64,000 nucleotides of DNA from Saprolegnia diclina VS20 (taxonomy: Eukaryota): positions 447,129 to 511,128 of the forward strand of contig NW_008246077.1 of NCBI RefSeq assembly GCF_000281045.1, read 5' to 3'. The notes beneath the pieces are model-generated. The model had not been told where the DNA came from and did not search any database. It saw only the letters and a program-made list of their open reading frames with translations. Shown here in pieces: positions 1-11,084 of the stretch (positions are counted from its first letter, which is position 1; every line of letters starts with the position of its first letter). The position numbers were made by a program, and so were the translations under genes.

Positions 1-353
1 GGCGAGGTGACCTTGGGCGATGCCACCTTGGGCGAAGCGACGTGGGTACTATCTTCTTGCACAATCGACGACTTGCGCGACGCTGGCTTGGGCGATGTAA
101 TGGGCGGTGGTGGCGGCGGCGGAACAGCAGTGCGCGTGGGCGACGCCATGGGCGACTGCGCCTTGCGCGGCGAGTTGGCCTGCAGCTTGGGCGTCGTCGC
201 GGCCTTGACCATCGTGATGGAGCGGGACTTGGTCTTCTTCTTGGATTCGTCGTCGGCCGCCTTCATGTACTCGTACGCGACGAAGCCGGCGAGGCCGATG
301 ATGCTGAGGACGGCGACGAGCACGGTCGGGCCCGCAGTCACCTTGGACGCCAT
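1..353 (-). CDS. Hypothetical protein with N-terminal signal-anchor helix and Ser/Pro-rich region (partial, runs off the window start)
   Basis: Minus strand from ATG at 353 reads MASKVTAGPTVLVAVLSIIGLAGFVAYEYMKAADDESKKK...PPPPPPP...VASPKVASPKVTSP with no stop before base 1; GC3-biased codons; CCAAT motif upstream (~448). Confidence 0.7.
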   Translation of the reverse strand, partial: MASKVTAGPTVLVAVLSIIGLAGFVAYEYMKAADDESKKKTKSRSITMVKAATTPKLQANSPRKAQSPMASPTRTAVPPPPPPPITSPKPASRKSSIVQEDSTHVASPKVASPKVTS

Positions 354-862
354 GCTAATTGGACTCTGTGAAGATCGCCTTGTCTTTGGCCCCGTACTGG
401 TGGTTAAAATCTGCCGGATCCCAAACCTCTTGGGTTTTCTATACGGACCAATCGCAGGCCACCATTGGTTGTCAATAAAAATACATACAAATATCAAGTA
501 CACAATCATATTTTAAACGAATGGTCCGTCTATTTTTAGCCGCGATCGAAAAAGAACCCCGGGGATGAACTTGCCGATGGCGCACCGCCTTTCCCGACGA
601 GACGACGACATGGAGGCGACGACGACTAACGCCGACGTATCGACTAACTAGATGACGACTACTGCCTCTCTATCGACGAACGTGACGGCAACGACGATGC
701 AATTGCCGGCTGCCGCCCTCGACACTGTCGTTGGGGCGGAAAAGGCCAGGAGGATACGGACAAGCCATGAACACCATATCCCACAGTACACCCAAGACGT
801 CGCATGCGACCCACTTTGCACTTGGTCCAAAACGCTGTTGGATGAGTTTGCCTTTGGCAGTA

Positions 863-3103
863 TTAGCCCGGCGCAAGCGACCGCCGGTACGCCTCTTGCT
901 CTTCGCGCCACTGCCGCGCTTGCTCTTCCTTGAGCTTACGTTTCTGGGCCTATTATATGTACGGTCACTTGTAGGTGCAGATTTTGGGGCTACCTCGCGC
1001 TCGAGGACAGCGTCGCGCTCGCGCTTGGCCACGTCCGACAAGATGGGCGTCTCGTCATAGAGCTTCTTCTTGGGCGGCGACGATACAACTGGCGGGTGAT
1101 GGTCGTCCTTGGCAGTGAGGCGCGGCATGACAACGTCGGAGCCTGCACCCAAATCGTGCGAGTGGCGCCGGTTGCCCGCGTTGGCATTGAGGTCTTTGGA
1201 TGACGCCAACGATGTGCTCCGCGTGTGCGCCGATGTGGCCTTCATCGAGGCCACGGTCGGGTCCGAGTTCTTCTTCTTCTTTGACGCCGACTTCGGTGGC
1301 GTCAGCGACGGCAACACCGACTCGCTACTCGATGTGGTCATCGGCATCGCGCCTTTTTCTTCATCTTCCTCTTCGCTCTCGTCCTCCATGCGCTTGCTTG
1401 CGCTCGGTTCGTGCATGGGCTCTACAAGTCACATTCAGACATTAGGACGCGCGGACGCACAGCGGTGCAGGACCTTGTTGGACCTTGGTTTGGTCGTGGG
1501 ACGGCGTCTTGACTTCGTGCATGGCAAATGCATCATAGTGAAGACTCGGGTGGAAGAGCGGGACAGCGGTCCGCGGCGGCGCGTCTCCGCAACCATGCGG
1601 TCGCGACGGCCCCATGGACGTGCCCGCCGTTGTGGCGCGGCCCTTCAAGTTCTCCTACATCCGAACATGGTCGATTCACGAATAAAACCTGCAGAAGAAT
1701 CTACGTGCAAAATGGCGTGGGTCGGGGCTTGGTTGAAGTGTCGGTGCTGAATGAACGGGTGCTTGAGCAGCGTTTCGGCCGACGGTCGCGCCTCGGGCGC
1801 CACCTATTTGTCCCTTTGAACGGAATCGAACTACAGTGGCGTGTACCTGCAAGCACGCAGTGATGAACGACTTGGCGACGGGCGAAATGGAGGCGGGCAG
1901 CTCCGGGGGCGCCGTGAGGTTGGCAATGTGGAAGAAGAGCGCGATTTGGCTCTGAAACTTCATGCTTTTCCACAGCGGGACGCCCGTGAGCATCTTGACC
2001 AGCGAGCACCCAAGGCTCCAAATGTCGACTTTGACGCTGGTGCCGGCTTGCTTGACGACCTCGGGCGCCATGTAGTAGGGCGTGCCCCGCAGCGACTTGC
2101 CTTGGGCGACCGAGCTTGCGTTGAGCAAGCGCGAAGCGCCAAAGTCGGCCAGCTTGACGCCCCCGTGCTGGTCGATCAGAATATTGCTCGGCTACGCATC
2201 GAAGACAACCTGTCCAATCTTGCATCTCCAACTCGGTAGAGTCTACCTTGATGTCGTAGTGCACAACGTTCTTCGAGTGCAAGTACGCAATGCCGAGGAG
2301 GATTTGGTAAACGTACGTTTGCGCCACAGGCTCCGAGCACCCAAACGTCTTGGTGTTGTCTTCGAGGCTACCCCCGGGGACCCACTCCTATGCGAACTAG
2401 AGAGTGCGCACGTCTCCGATTAGCGCCAAAGGACCAACCGTAAAGATGTAGAGAGTCCGCGCAGCCTCGTCGTACTCGCTCCCCATGTACTTGACGATAT
2501 TGGGATGGTGCAGGCAGCGTAACACGAGCACTTCTTGCTGAATCGCGATGACCTCGTCGGCCGAGTCGTCGTCGTACATGATCTCTTTGACGGCCATGAG
2601 GTCCCCAGTGTACTCGTTCCGCGCCAGGTAGACCTACCACCCTTTCAATGCATATCGTAGCGATAGAGCCCAGTGTGCACCGAGCCAAAGCTGCCTGTGC
2701 CAAGGAGCTCGCCGCGCTTCCACGGAAAAGCTGTGGGGTCGTCTAAGACATACACAGTATGAGAAATCGATGGAACTGAGATTGGGCGTCACCGGATGTG
2801 TCGGGTTCGAAGTCTTCGTTGGCGTACTCGTCGTCGCCGCTGTCCTTTTTCTCCTGGCCAAAGGATTACACCTTGAGATCAGTAGTGTGAACAAACTTTT
2901 GCCGTCGGCGACTTGTGGTGCAGCGGTGTCTTGGCGCCACTCGGACTGCGGCTGGTCACCTTGGGGCTCTTGAGCGACGTGCTGTTGGCCCGCTGCATGT
3001 GGTCGTCGCTGACATTGACGGAGAGGAGCCGTGGGGTACTGCGAGATTTGATGTCGGTCGGCGCTGCAATCACCGACGACGTCTTGCTCGCTCCACTGCC
3101 CAT
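863..3103 (-). CDS. STE11/NPK1-like (MAP3K-type) Ser/Thr protein kinase, multi-exon, N-myristoylation motif
   Basis: Spliced reading gives MGSGASK..., WKRGELLGTGSFGSVYLA, MAVKEI, HPNIVKY, HYDIKPSNIL, DFGAS, GTPYYMAPE, DIWSLGC; last exon AQKRKLKEEQARQWREEQEAYRRSLAPG* ends at 863; GT-AG introns between the ORF pieces. Confidence 0.85.
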
Positions 3104-3647
3104 GGACCAGTGCGTCCATCCACCGATAACTACTGCGCTAGAAATAGGCCGTCCTCTTAAATTAACACACTTCTGCGACCGCACGTTGGACGCAACCTTA
3201 GGCGTTATCGAGGTGTATATCGGCAGACTCGAACCATCGATGCTGGCCACGCGCGCGGGAGGCATTCGGACTTGACACCACTGTCGCTAGTCTGTCCACA
3301 AAGGTGCTGACATATTGGTCTACTACCTCGACACGTTTCATGCTGTCAAAGTGACGGAGAAGTGTGGACTGTCGCGATCCGCTTTGCGCGGCCCCGGTCC
3401 ATATTGGCCACGGTCGCCCTCGATAATAATGTACGGTGGACGGCAGACCCAGAGCCTGGAAGCACCATCTCCTCAAGTGCGTATAGCGCTAGTACGAGTA
3501 GCAAGCTTCCTCGTTCTTCGAGCACTTTGCACTTTGGCGCGTGCAGCGATTAATGGATCGTGTCTGCGTCGACCAATCCGAAAATCGTGTGGTTTTTGCC
3601 CAATCAGAAGTGGCGGTTTGAGCACTACCATCGTTTCCGAAACAAGC

Positions 3648-5417
3648 ATGGCGCTGTCACTGCTTCTGGTGTGGTGGGCCTGCATGCTGGCCACGGCGCG
3701 GGCCTTGGCGCCGATCCCGCCGGGCGTCACCTTTGATCTGAACGGCGGCGGCCTCGAGCGCAGCCCGGCCTTCTCGCCTCTCGACGATCTCAAGCAAAAG
3801 CATGTGCTCTTCATCTCGCTCGCGATCCGTGGCCACGCGACACCTCTCTTGCGCGTCGCCGACGAAATGGTTCGCCGCGGCTACAACGTGAGCTTTGCGA
3901 CGCACGACTCGGGCAAGGAGTGGGTCCAGCGCACGGGCGCGACCTTCGTATCCGCCGGCCCATTTCCGATTTCAGCCGACACGTTGCGGGAAAAGCTCCA
4001 AGCCATCACGCGCGATGCGTCCACGTTCCGGGGCATCCTCAACATGTTCAACGACATTTACGTCCCGACAGCGCAGCCCATGTACGATGCGCTGTACCCG
4101 AGTATTTCGGCGTCGCGCCCGGACCTCGTCATCCTCGACATTGCCACCATCGGCGGGCACGACCTCGTGCACAAGTTGCAGCTACCGTACCTTGTCAACT
4201 CGCCGTCGATTCTCTTCGACATGGGCGGGACGCCGTCGTATGTACCGGCGTGGGGCACGGGCTTTTCGATTCACATGTCGCTCTGGAACCGGTGCATGAA
4301 CTTGCTCTTCCCACGGCTCCTCTCGGTCGCGCTCACGCCGCCCTTCATGCAGGTCACTTTTTCGCTCAGAAAGACTTGGACTGACGACAGTATATAGGTC
4401 AACAAGGCGCGTTGGGAGCTCGATTTGGCGCCGTACCGGTCGCAGCACGACATCTTCAAGGGCGCCCGGATCCTTGTCAACACGGCCTTTGGCCTCGAGT
4501 ACGCCCGACCGCTCTCGCCGCTCATCGAGATGGTCGGGCCACTCTTGCCGCTGGAGAGCCTCAGCGACGCGGCGTCGACGTTGCCACCGCTCGTGAGCCA
4601 GTGGATGGCGTCGGACGACGTTATCTACATTAGCTTTGGCAGCCTCTCGTACATTGACCCGTGGCAAGCGAACGCGATCGTCCAAGGTCTCTCGAAGGAC
4701 GGTGCGGCGTACAACGTACTCTGGACGCTTCCGAACGACCAGCGCCACGTGCTGCCCTCCACTTTGCCCCCGTCGTTCCGCATCAAGGTGCTCGGCTCGG
4801 GGTTTCCCCACCTTAAGGTGCTCGCGCATCCCGCCGTCAAATTAGGTATGCCGTACGCTCATTAGATGTCGTATCTTGAAGTCCTTGTAGTGATCTCGCA
4901 CTGCGGCATGGTCTCGGCGCAAGAAGCGCTCGTGTTTGGCAAGCCCGTGCTCTGCCTTCCGTTTGTCGTTGACCAGCCCGACGTGGCCGCGCGGGTCGTC
5001 GACGCCGGCGCGGGCTTGGTCCTCGACAAGACGCACTTTACGCCAGATGAGGTCCGGCACAAGGCGCACGAGCTCATCCAGAACGCCTCGTACGCGGCCG
5101 CGGCCGTGCGCGTTGGCGCGGCGCTCAAGGAGGCCGGCGGCATTGACCGCGTGCTCACGATCATCGAGTCGACCCTTCAGTTTGGCCACGCCCACTTGAC
5201 GACCGTCGACCTGCTCTTGCCGTGGCACAAGGTCGTCATGCTTGACGTGTGGGCTGTCTACGCTGCCGTCGTGTGCCTGGGGCTCGTCGGTGTCCGCGTG
5301 CTCTGTCTCTTTTGCTACCGGTTTCTTCGAAGCCTCGTCATTGTCGCTGGCGGCGCGCCACCGCTCGAGCCATCGTCGAAAGCACCGTCGTCGACCGAGA
5401 CCCCGCCGCCGTCGTAG
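3648..5417 (+). CDS. UDP-glycosyltransferase (GT1, UDP-glucuronosyltransferase-like) with signal peptide and C-terminal TM helix; 3 exons
   Basis: MALSLLLVWWACMLATARA signal; GHATP N-terminal motif; IYISFGS; UGT signature PHLKVLAHP..ISHCGMVSAQEALVFGKPVLCLPFVVDQ; hydrophobic DVWAVYAAVVCLGLVGV tail; introns ~4353-4397 and ~4846-4890. Confidence 0.9.
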
Positions 5418-5537
5418 CAGTCTTCTGATAAGTGTATCTCTTCACGCTCACTTTGTCTTTGGTTCGACGGACGGTGTGGGAGGAGATGAGCATCATATAT
5501 GTATTTACTACCACACGAGCCGAGTGGCCAAAACTAC

Positions 5538-7244
5538 TTATAACGTAAACGTTGTCGTCGACGCGCGGCTGAGGCGCAGCCCGAGCTGCTTCTTCTTGAG
5601 AAAGTGGAGCACCTCGGCCAACGTCTGGGCTTCGTCCTGCTCGATCGCGGTCGTCTCGAGGCACCGAATGACCGTGCGGAACGCATCGAGGTGCTCTTGC
5701 AGCGTCGGCATGGCCTCGCCGCCGTCGTCAGCGACTTCGGCCGTGACGCTCGCGACCGTCGGCATGTCGAGGGCCTTGAACTCTTCCATGCACTCGCGCG
5801 GTTCGTCAAAGAACTCTTCGTTGAGCTGCTTGTGCACGTCGTTTTCACCGCGCGAGTTGAGGAGCTCCTTGATGTTGATGACGCCGCCCAGCTGGAGGCA
5901 GTAGAGCATGCTCCAGAGGTCGTCTTCGGTCGACTTTTCGAGCACTTCGACGTTCGTGACGGGCTCGCCGTGGTACGCAGCGACAAAGTTGGCCTTGCGC
6001 CAGCAGTTGACGACCACGTCCTTGGGCACTTCACGCCACGCTTCCGAGATCCACTGCATCGCTTGGAGCTGCGTGACACGGTAAATGTCGGGCGCGCCTT
6101 CTTCGTTGCGATCGATCGCATGCGCGAGGTGCTTCATGCGGTACCGGCACTTGAAGGCGGTCGTGATGCCGCAGTGCATCGGCTGCGCCTTGGTGCCCAT
6201 CGTGTGCGGAAACACAATGAGGCGGACGTTCGAGAGCTCGAGGCCGACCGAGATGTGCGACGGTGCATTGTCGATGAGGAGGAGGATGCTGCGCTGCGCA
6301 AACTGCATGCGCGCGTTGAGGTCGCGGAGCCACTGCTGGAAGATGAGCACCGTCATCTTGGACTTGGCGTTGTGGCAGTAGTTGAAGCCGAGCTTCTCCG
6401 CGCTCTGCGACCGCCAGTCTTTCGGGGGAAAGACCTCGCCAATGATGAAGGGCTCGAGCATCTCGCTGCCGTCGGCGTTGGACGTGAGCGCGACCGTGAG
6501 CTTTGACTCGTTCGCAAAGTGCACTTCGAGGTTGTCGTGGTCGGCAAACGCATGCGGCGAGATGCGAAAGAAGAGCCCGGTTTCGTCCATCGTAAAGATA
6601 TCCTTGAGCGCATAATGCTGCGTGAGCTCCTTGATGTGCATCGAGGTGAGGTCGTCCGGGAGCTTAAAGTCCATCACTTGCGGAATGAGCGCCGCCGGGC
6701 TCGTGTCCATGAGCGCGTTCATTGTTGCAATCGACGTGCTGCCCACCGACTTGGGAATGCCCAGCTTCTTGAAGCCGTGGCGCTGCTTGAACGAGCTGAG
6801 CCAGCCGTTTGAGAACGCGAGCTTGCCCTCGAGGCCCATCTGCGTGCTGAGCTCGCGGCCCTTTTCCTTGATCGCGTCGCCCGTCAAGTTGACCTTGTTG
6901 TGGCGCTCGAGCACCCAGTTGGCGAGCGCTTGGTCAAAGTGGTTGAACTTGGTCGGGCGGATCGTCTTGCGCGAGGTATCAAAGGCGGCGCCACCGACGC
7001 TCTCGCGGAAGAGGTGCTCGTGCTTGAGGATGTTGCTCATGGTCGGCTGCGTCGGCGCTTTCGCCAGCTGGAACTCGAGCATGGCCCATCGGCAGAGGTC
7101 CTTCTGTGTGATCTTGGGCGTCGTCCGGTGCTTCTCACAGATGCGTCGCTTCTGCTCGACCGTGAGGTTGCCCTTCCCGGCGCCGTCGGCCGCGCGGCCC
7201 CGGCGCGACTTGGCCTTGCCTTCCATCGTCGGCGCAGTGGTCAT
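5538..7244 (-). CDS. pogo/Tigger transposase-derived CENP-B-like protein (tandem HTH + DDE_1 domain), probably domesticated
   Basis: Intact 568-aa ORF: LTVEQKRRIC (CENP-B N HTH), LTGDAIKEKG..FSNGWLSSFKQRHG (HTH_Tnp_Tc5), DIFTMDETG, NADGSE, LLLIDNAPSH, QPMHCG..FKCRYR, AWREV..VVNCWRKA; no TIRs recognised. Confidence 0.85.
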   Translation of the reverse strand: MTTAPTMEGKAKSRRGRAADGAGKGNLTVEQKRRICEKHRTTPKITQKDLCRWAMLEFQLAKAPTQPTMSNILKHEHLFRESVGGAAFDTSRKTIRPTKFNHFDQALANWVLERHNKVNLTGDAIKEKGRELSTQMGLEGKLAFSNGWLSSFKQRHGFKKLGIPKSVGSTSIATMNALMDTSPAALIPQVMDFKLPDDLTSMHIKELTQHYALKDIFTMDETGLFFRISPHAFADHDNLEVHFANESKLTVALTSNADGSEMLEPFIIGEVFPPKDWRSQSAEKLGFNYCHNAKSKMTVLIFQQWLRDLNARMQFAQRSILLLIDNAPSHISVGLELSNVRLIVFPHTMGTKAQPMHCGITTAFKCRYRMKHLAHAIDRNEEGAPDIYRVTQLQAMQWISEAWREVPKDVVVNCWRKANFVAAYHGEPVTNVEVLEKSTEDDLWSMLYCLQLGGVINIKELLNSRGENDVHKQLNEEFFDEPRECMEEFKALDMPTVASVTAEVADDGGEAMPTLQEHLDAFRTVIRCLETTAIEQDEAQTLAEVLHFLKKKQLGLRLSRASTTTFTL

Positions 7245-7793
7245 CGCAATGAACTGGTTGTGAAAAACGATAACCCCCTTCTTCGTTTAACCCGCTTCTT
7301 CCAATTCGGTACTGTCCTTTGAAAATCGACCAATCACAGCGCATGGCAAAGGGCGTTTCTATCTTTTCAGCCAATCCGCGCGCATTGTCGTCGCCCCTCT
7401 CGCCACCCCGGACCTGTCTCTTTGAATAGCTCCCCCGCCGCATACAATCGGTCAATTATAAAATTTAAGAGTCGCTAATTTTATTAAAATATGGATATCG
7501 GCGAGAGCCAAAAAGACGCGTTAAATCGCCAGCGACTTCCGCCGTGATCTTCATCCGGAAGTGGCAAGCGACAACGTCTGCGGCCGATACTCGCTGCCTG
7601 CGGCAATGCCCGCGGGGGGAGCAGGAGCATATCCCTGCGTATACATATGAGAGCAAGCAAGGTGGGAAGGGTCCCACGGCAGCCATTTGGCGCGCAAATT
7701 CTGGCTTCTTGTTTGAAACCAAATGATCGGATTGGCTAAAAACAGTTTAAACGGGCCAATCATAAGCGCTGCTTTGGCTGCTGAAGATTTGGT

Positions 7794-8387
7794 GTGATGC
7801 GGGCGTGGCCGACGACCGACGCGAGGACGACCCATCACCTCGTCCATGGGCATGGACCTATGATGGACCGACGAGCGAGGATGACGATGGTCTATGCATG
7901 CAAGGACGATGGGCGCTCCTGCGTCCTGGAAGACCGCGTGCCGACGCAGGCCCACGGGACGTACTTCGAGTCGTTGCTCCATCTCCCGACGCTCCATCAC
8001 GAGGCGACGTCGTACTTGGTCCGTGTCGTCCAGCGTCATGACGTCTGCGAGCTCGAGATGCGACCGCCGATGCGAAGCGCGATCTGGTCGTGCTCCCTCG
8101 AGCCAGCGGCCACGGTGACGTACCCGATGGCACAGTACGCTGCTCCGCGCGAAGCCCTGCCCTCCATCGAGACAAGCCGCATTGCCCCATCGCCTGCGAT
8201 CGCGCTCATGCTGCTCATGTGTTTCGTGCTTCTCGAGATCACGCGACGCCGTTGGTCCAACAAGGCTCCTGCACTTCGGTCGCCCCCACCTGTGCGCTGG
8301 GAGACCTGCGATGGGCGGGAGCACGCAGCCTCGACCTTCTCTGGCACCGCCCAGGACGTGACGTACCTTCTTCAAAAGCGCCTGTAG
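7794..8387 (+). CDS. Hypothetical protein with one predicted TM helix (start uncertain)
   Basis: 197-aa ORF with plausible codon usage, hydrophobic IALMLLMCFVLLEI followed by RRRW; CCAAT/ATTGG motifs at ~7731-7760 upstream; no family recognised. Confidence 0.45.
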   Translation: MMRAWPTTDARTTHHLVHGHGPMMDRRARMTMVYACKDDGRSCVLEDRVPTQAHGTYFESLLHLPTLHHEATSYLVRVVQRHDVCELEMRPPMRSAIWSCSLEPAATVTYPMAQYAAPREALPSIETSRIAPSPAIALMLLMCFVLLEITRRRWSNKAPALRSPPPVRWETCDGREHAASTFSGTAQDVTYLLQKRL

Positions 8388-8459
8388 CCATCGCGGCAAC
8401 AACCTTGTTTGTATGCAAGCGTCTTACGTTAATAGATAGATGATACACGCATCCTGCTG

Positions 8460-9866
8460 CTAGTAGTCGGCGAGGAAGAGGTTCTTCTGGTTCATGCGCG
8501 CTGCCCGCTGGTCCTTGAGCGCAGCGCTCTGGTGCTTGCGCGTGTGCGAGTTCTTGGAGAGCGTGTCCCGCTTCTCGACGCGCGGCTGCTCTTCGGACGT
8601 TAGCGGGAGGTCGAGGAGCCCGCGGACCGTGTTGTTGTACTTGAGGTGCTCTTGGAACCCGACGTGGAGCCATTTCTTGAGCGTACTGTACTGCTTGAGC
8701 GTGCACCAGTCCTGGAACCGGAGCATTTCGTTCTGGAACGAAAAGGTCACGGACGGCGAGACGTCGTCGGCCACCGTCTTGTACACGTCGCGGAAGACCG
8801 TGCGCTGCTCCTTCCGGTCGCGCTTGCTCGTCTTCTTGCTCGAGTCCTTGCTCAGCAGGAGGAGCTTGGCCGCAATCACGTCGCGGTCCACGTACTCGAC
8901 GTGGGCCGTCGCGAGCGCTTCGAAAAAGAGCGCAATGTTCTCGCCAGCCGCCGACCGCACGTCGACATCCGTGTGCTCGAGAAGCTGCAGAAAGACCTCG
9001 AGGTTCCTACACATCCCTGTGAGATGACGATAATGCTTGACGACGATCAAGGCACATACGGGGCAAGGAACGAGTCGTCGACCAAGGTCGCACTTGGCAG
9101 TGTCGAAGCGAGACAGCCCCACGTGTCAAGGGCGGCGACGGCGAGCGCGTTTGACGCGTTGCCAAAGAAAGCGGTGCACGATGAGAGGACGGCGTGGGTG
9201 TCTTCCTGGTCGCTGCTGCAGATGAAGCAGACTGTGCCAAGCGCTTGCAGCGCCTACAAATCCACACCGTTAGATGAATATGATGCGTGGATATGCAATG
9301 TACCATGGCACGCACGTCGCTGGCTTGCGTCTCGGACTTGACGAGCAAATGCAATGGGCCCTTGATCTGGTTGTAGTAGCTGTCTTCGTTGGCGCCAAGG
9401 ATGAGGGCCATGAGCGCGAGGATCTGCGCGCCAAGCACGCCTTCCGCCGGCGACGGGCGGCGCAAGATGTGCAAGACGTTGGTTTGGAGCGTGTCAACGC
9501 TACATCCATGCATGAGAACTTATTTGGCGATGGATCGGACGACGTACTTGTCCTGGAGCAGCTCGAGCGGAACACATTGCGCGAGCAGCGCCTCAATCTT
9601 CTTCAAGGCCGAGACACGCGTCGTCGTTCTACAGTATGCACATGGTCGCATCCAACGCACGGCGGGATTCCATGCTCGTACCGCTTCTCGAGGAGTTCTT
9701 CCATGTGGGCGTGGAGCGCTTCTTCTTGCGTGAGCTCGCCGTCGTTCTCATCGACGTCCAAGGAGCGGTCCGTGTCGTTGGACGCGACCGACCCGCCAAA
9801 GCTCATGCTGCCGTCGTCCGAGTCGTACCCGTTGCGCGCATGCTTGGAGGTCGTCTTCTTGCCCAT
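8460..9866 (-). CDS. Interferon-related developmental regulator (IFRD1/2-like) protein, multi-exon
   Basis: Motifs LEKR, DVDVRSAAGENIALFFE, SKDSSKKTSKRDRKEQRTVFRDV, FQEHLKYN.TVR.LL and basic C-terminus resemble the IFRD family; ORF pieces joined by short GT-AG introns. Confidence 0.85.
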
Positions 9867-11084
9867 GCTGGCTGGTTGCTTCTTTGGAAATGAAAAGCCA
9901 CGGCCAAGGACGTCGAGGAATTTGATTCGTGGGACAGGGACAAACGTCCCAGCGTTTTTTTGCTACGTCGGGCCGTCACATTTTGAAAACACCCAACTTT
10001 TGCCTTGTACGCGTCCTCGTCGGGCAGGACGAGCGCCACGGACGGGCTCCTTGCTTGCAGCGCACTGTTCGGTATCGCTGCCAACCACGACGTCGACGAA
10101 GAGTAGTGGTGCAGCGTGTGGCGCGACCATGAACGGCAGTTGCGCGCGAGCGTCCAGCGTGGAGTTGCATAGAGCAGCGTTCAACGTTGAAGTTGCTCTT
10201 CATTCGTTTGCATTTTCGGACGCATCCTTTTCACGATAGCTCGCCGAATATATAGAGAAGAGGTCGTTTCGCTACAGCAAAGTAGATACTCTAGTAGATA
10301 TATGTCAGTCTTTGCCGGTCGTCCTCAGGGTGCTGGTGCTGGCTTGTAGAGCTCGAACCGGTGCGGTCCGGGCGAGTTGAACGTTCTCACTCACATCGCG
10401 TCAGCTGAAAGACCAATGAATAAGCCTACGAGAATGGTGCCATGTACGTAAAGCTGGCATCACGTCCAGGCACATGCGGGACGGGATGACCAGGTACCAC
10501 AAGAATCCCCTTGAGGTGCGTGTTTTTAGCTGCTGGTCGCAAAGGTTCAAAACACAGGTTTGTCCCAATCTTTGCTGGGAAAACGGCGCGACAGTGAATC
10601 TTCAAGGGCAACGGGCCAATGAATGGCTGCGGAATTTAAATCTTATCTATTATAGTTAAGCCCGCGCGGGCCTATGCGCCTGCTAGTGTCAAGGCCCATG
10701 GCGCCTGGTTCCAGGATGTGGATCCACACCATGCCATCTCATGGCCACGGACTCCGTCGCGAAGACCGCAGTGCAGGCCTCGTAGAACTTGGGTCTCTGG
10801 TACGGGCAGGAAGGCCAGGGAGGAGTCAGGAGCTGCGGCAGTAACGACGTGGAGCACCTGTGTCCCTGTCCCTGTTGAAGTCGACGCGGCGTCGGTGTTC
10901 GTGCTGCTTGCACGACGGCGACGAGTCGATGGAAGCCCTGTTAACTTTATATTTTATAGTATGAGCCGATCGCTTTCCTGTTTGATGCCGAAGTCTCCGG
11001 CCAGGCGTAAGTGAGGAAGTGCGCGCAGGATGGAGGTGAATGGTCGAGCGACAGACTCATGATGAAGCCAATGGATGGCCCAGT

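Noticed and set aside
7..516. 169-aa plus-strand ORF
   Set aside because: Antisense shadow of the minus-strand gene starting at 353
670..862. Extension of the kinase ORF to 670 as in the ORF track
   Set aside because: A GT-AG intron at ~951-992 shifts to a more plausible terminal exon ending at 863
566..933. Short plus-strand ORFs (e.g. 652-933)
   Set aside because: No recognisable family, no convincing splice model, and overlap with the kinase last exon
5420..7520. Active pogo transposon with terminal inverted repeats
   Set aside because: No matching TIRs or TA duplication seen, and the third catalytic Asp is missing
10869..10883. Short match (ccctgttgaagtcg) to the U2AF1 5' region at ~11885
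   Set aside because: Similarity does not extend; consistent with chance
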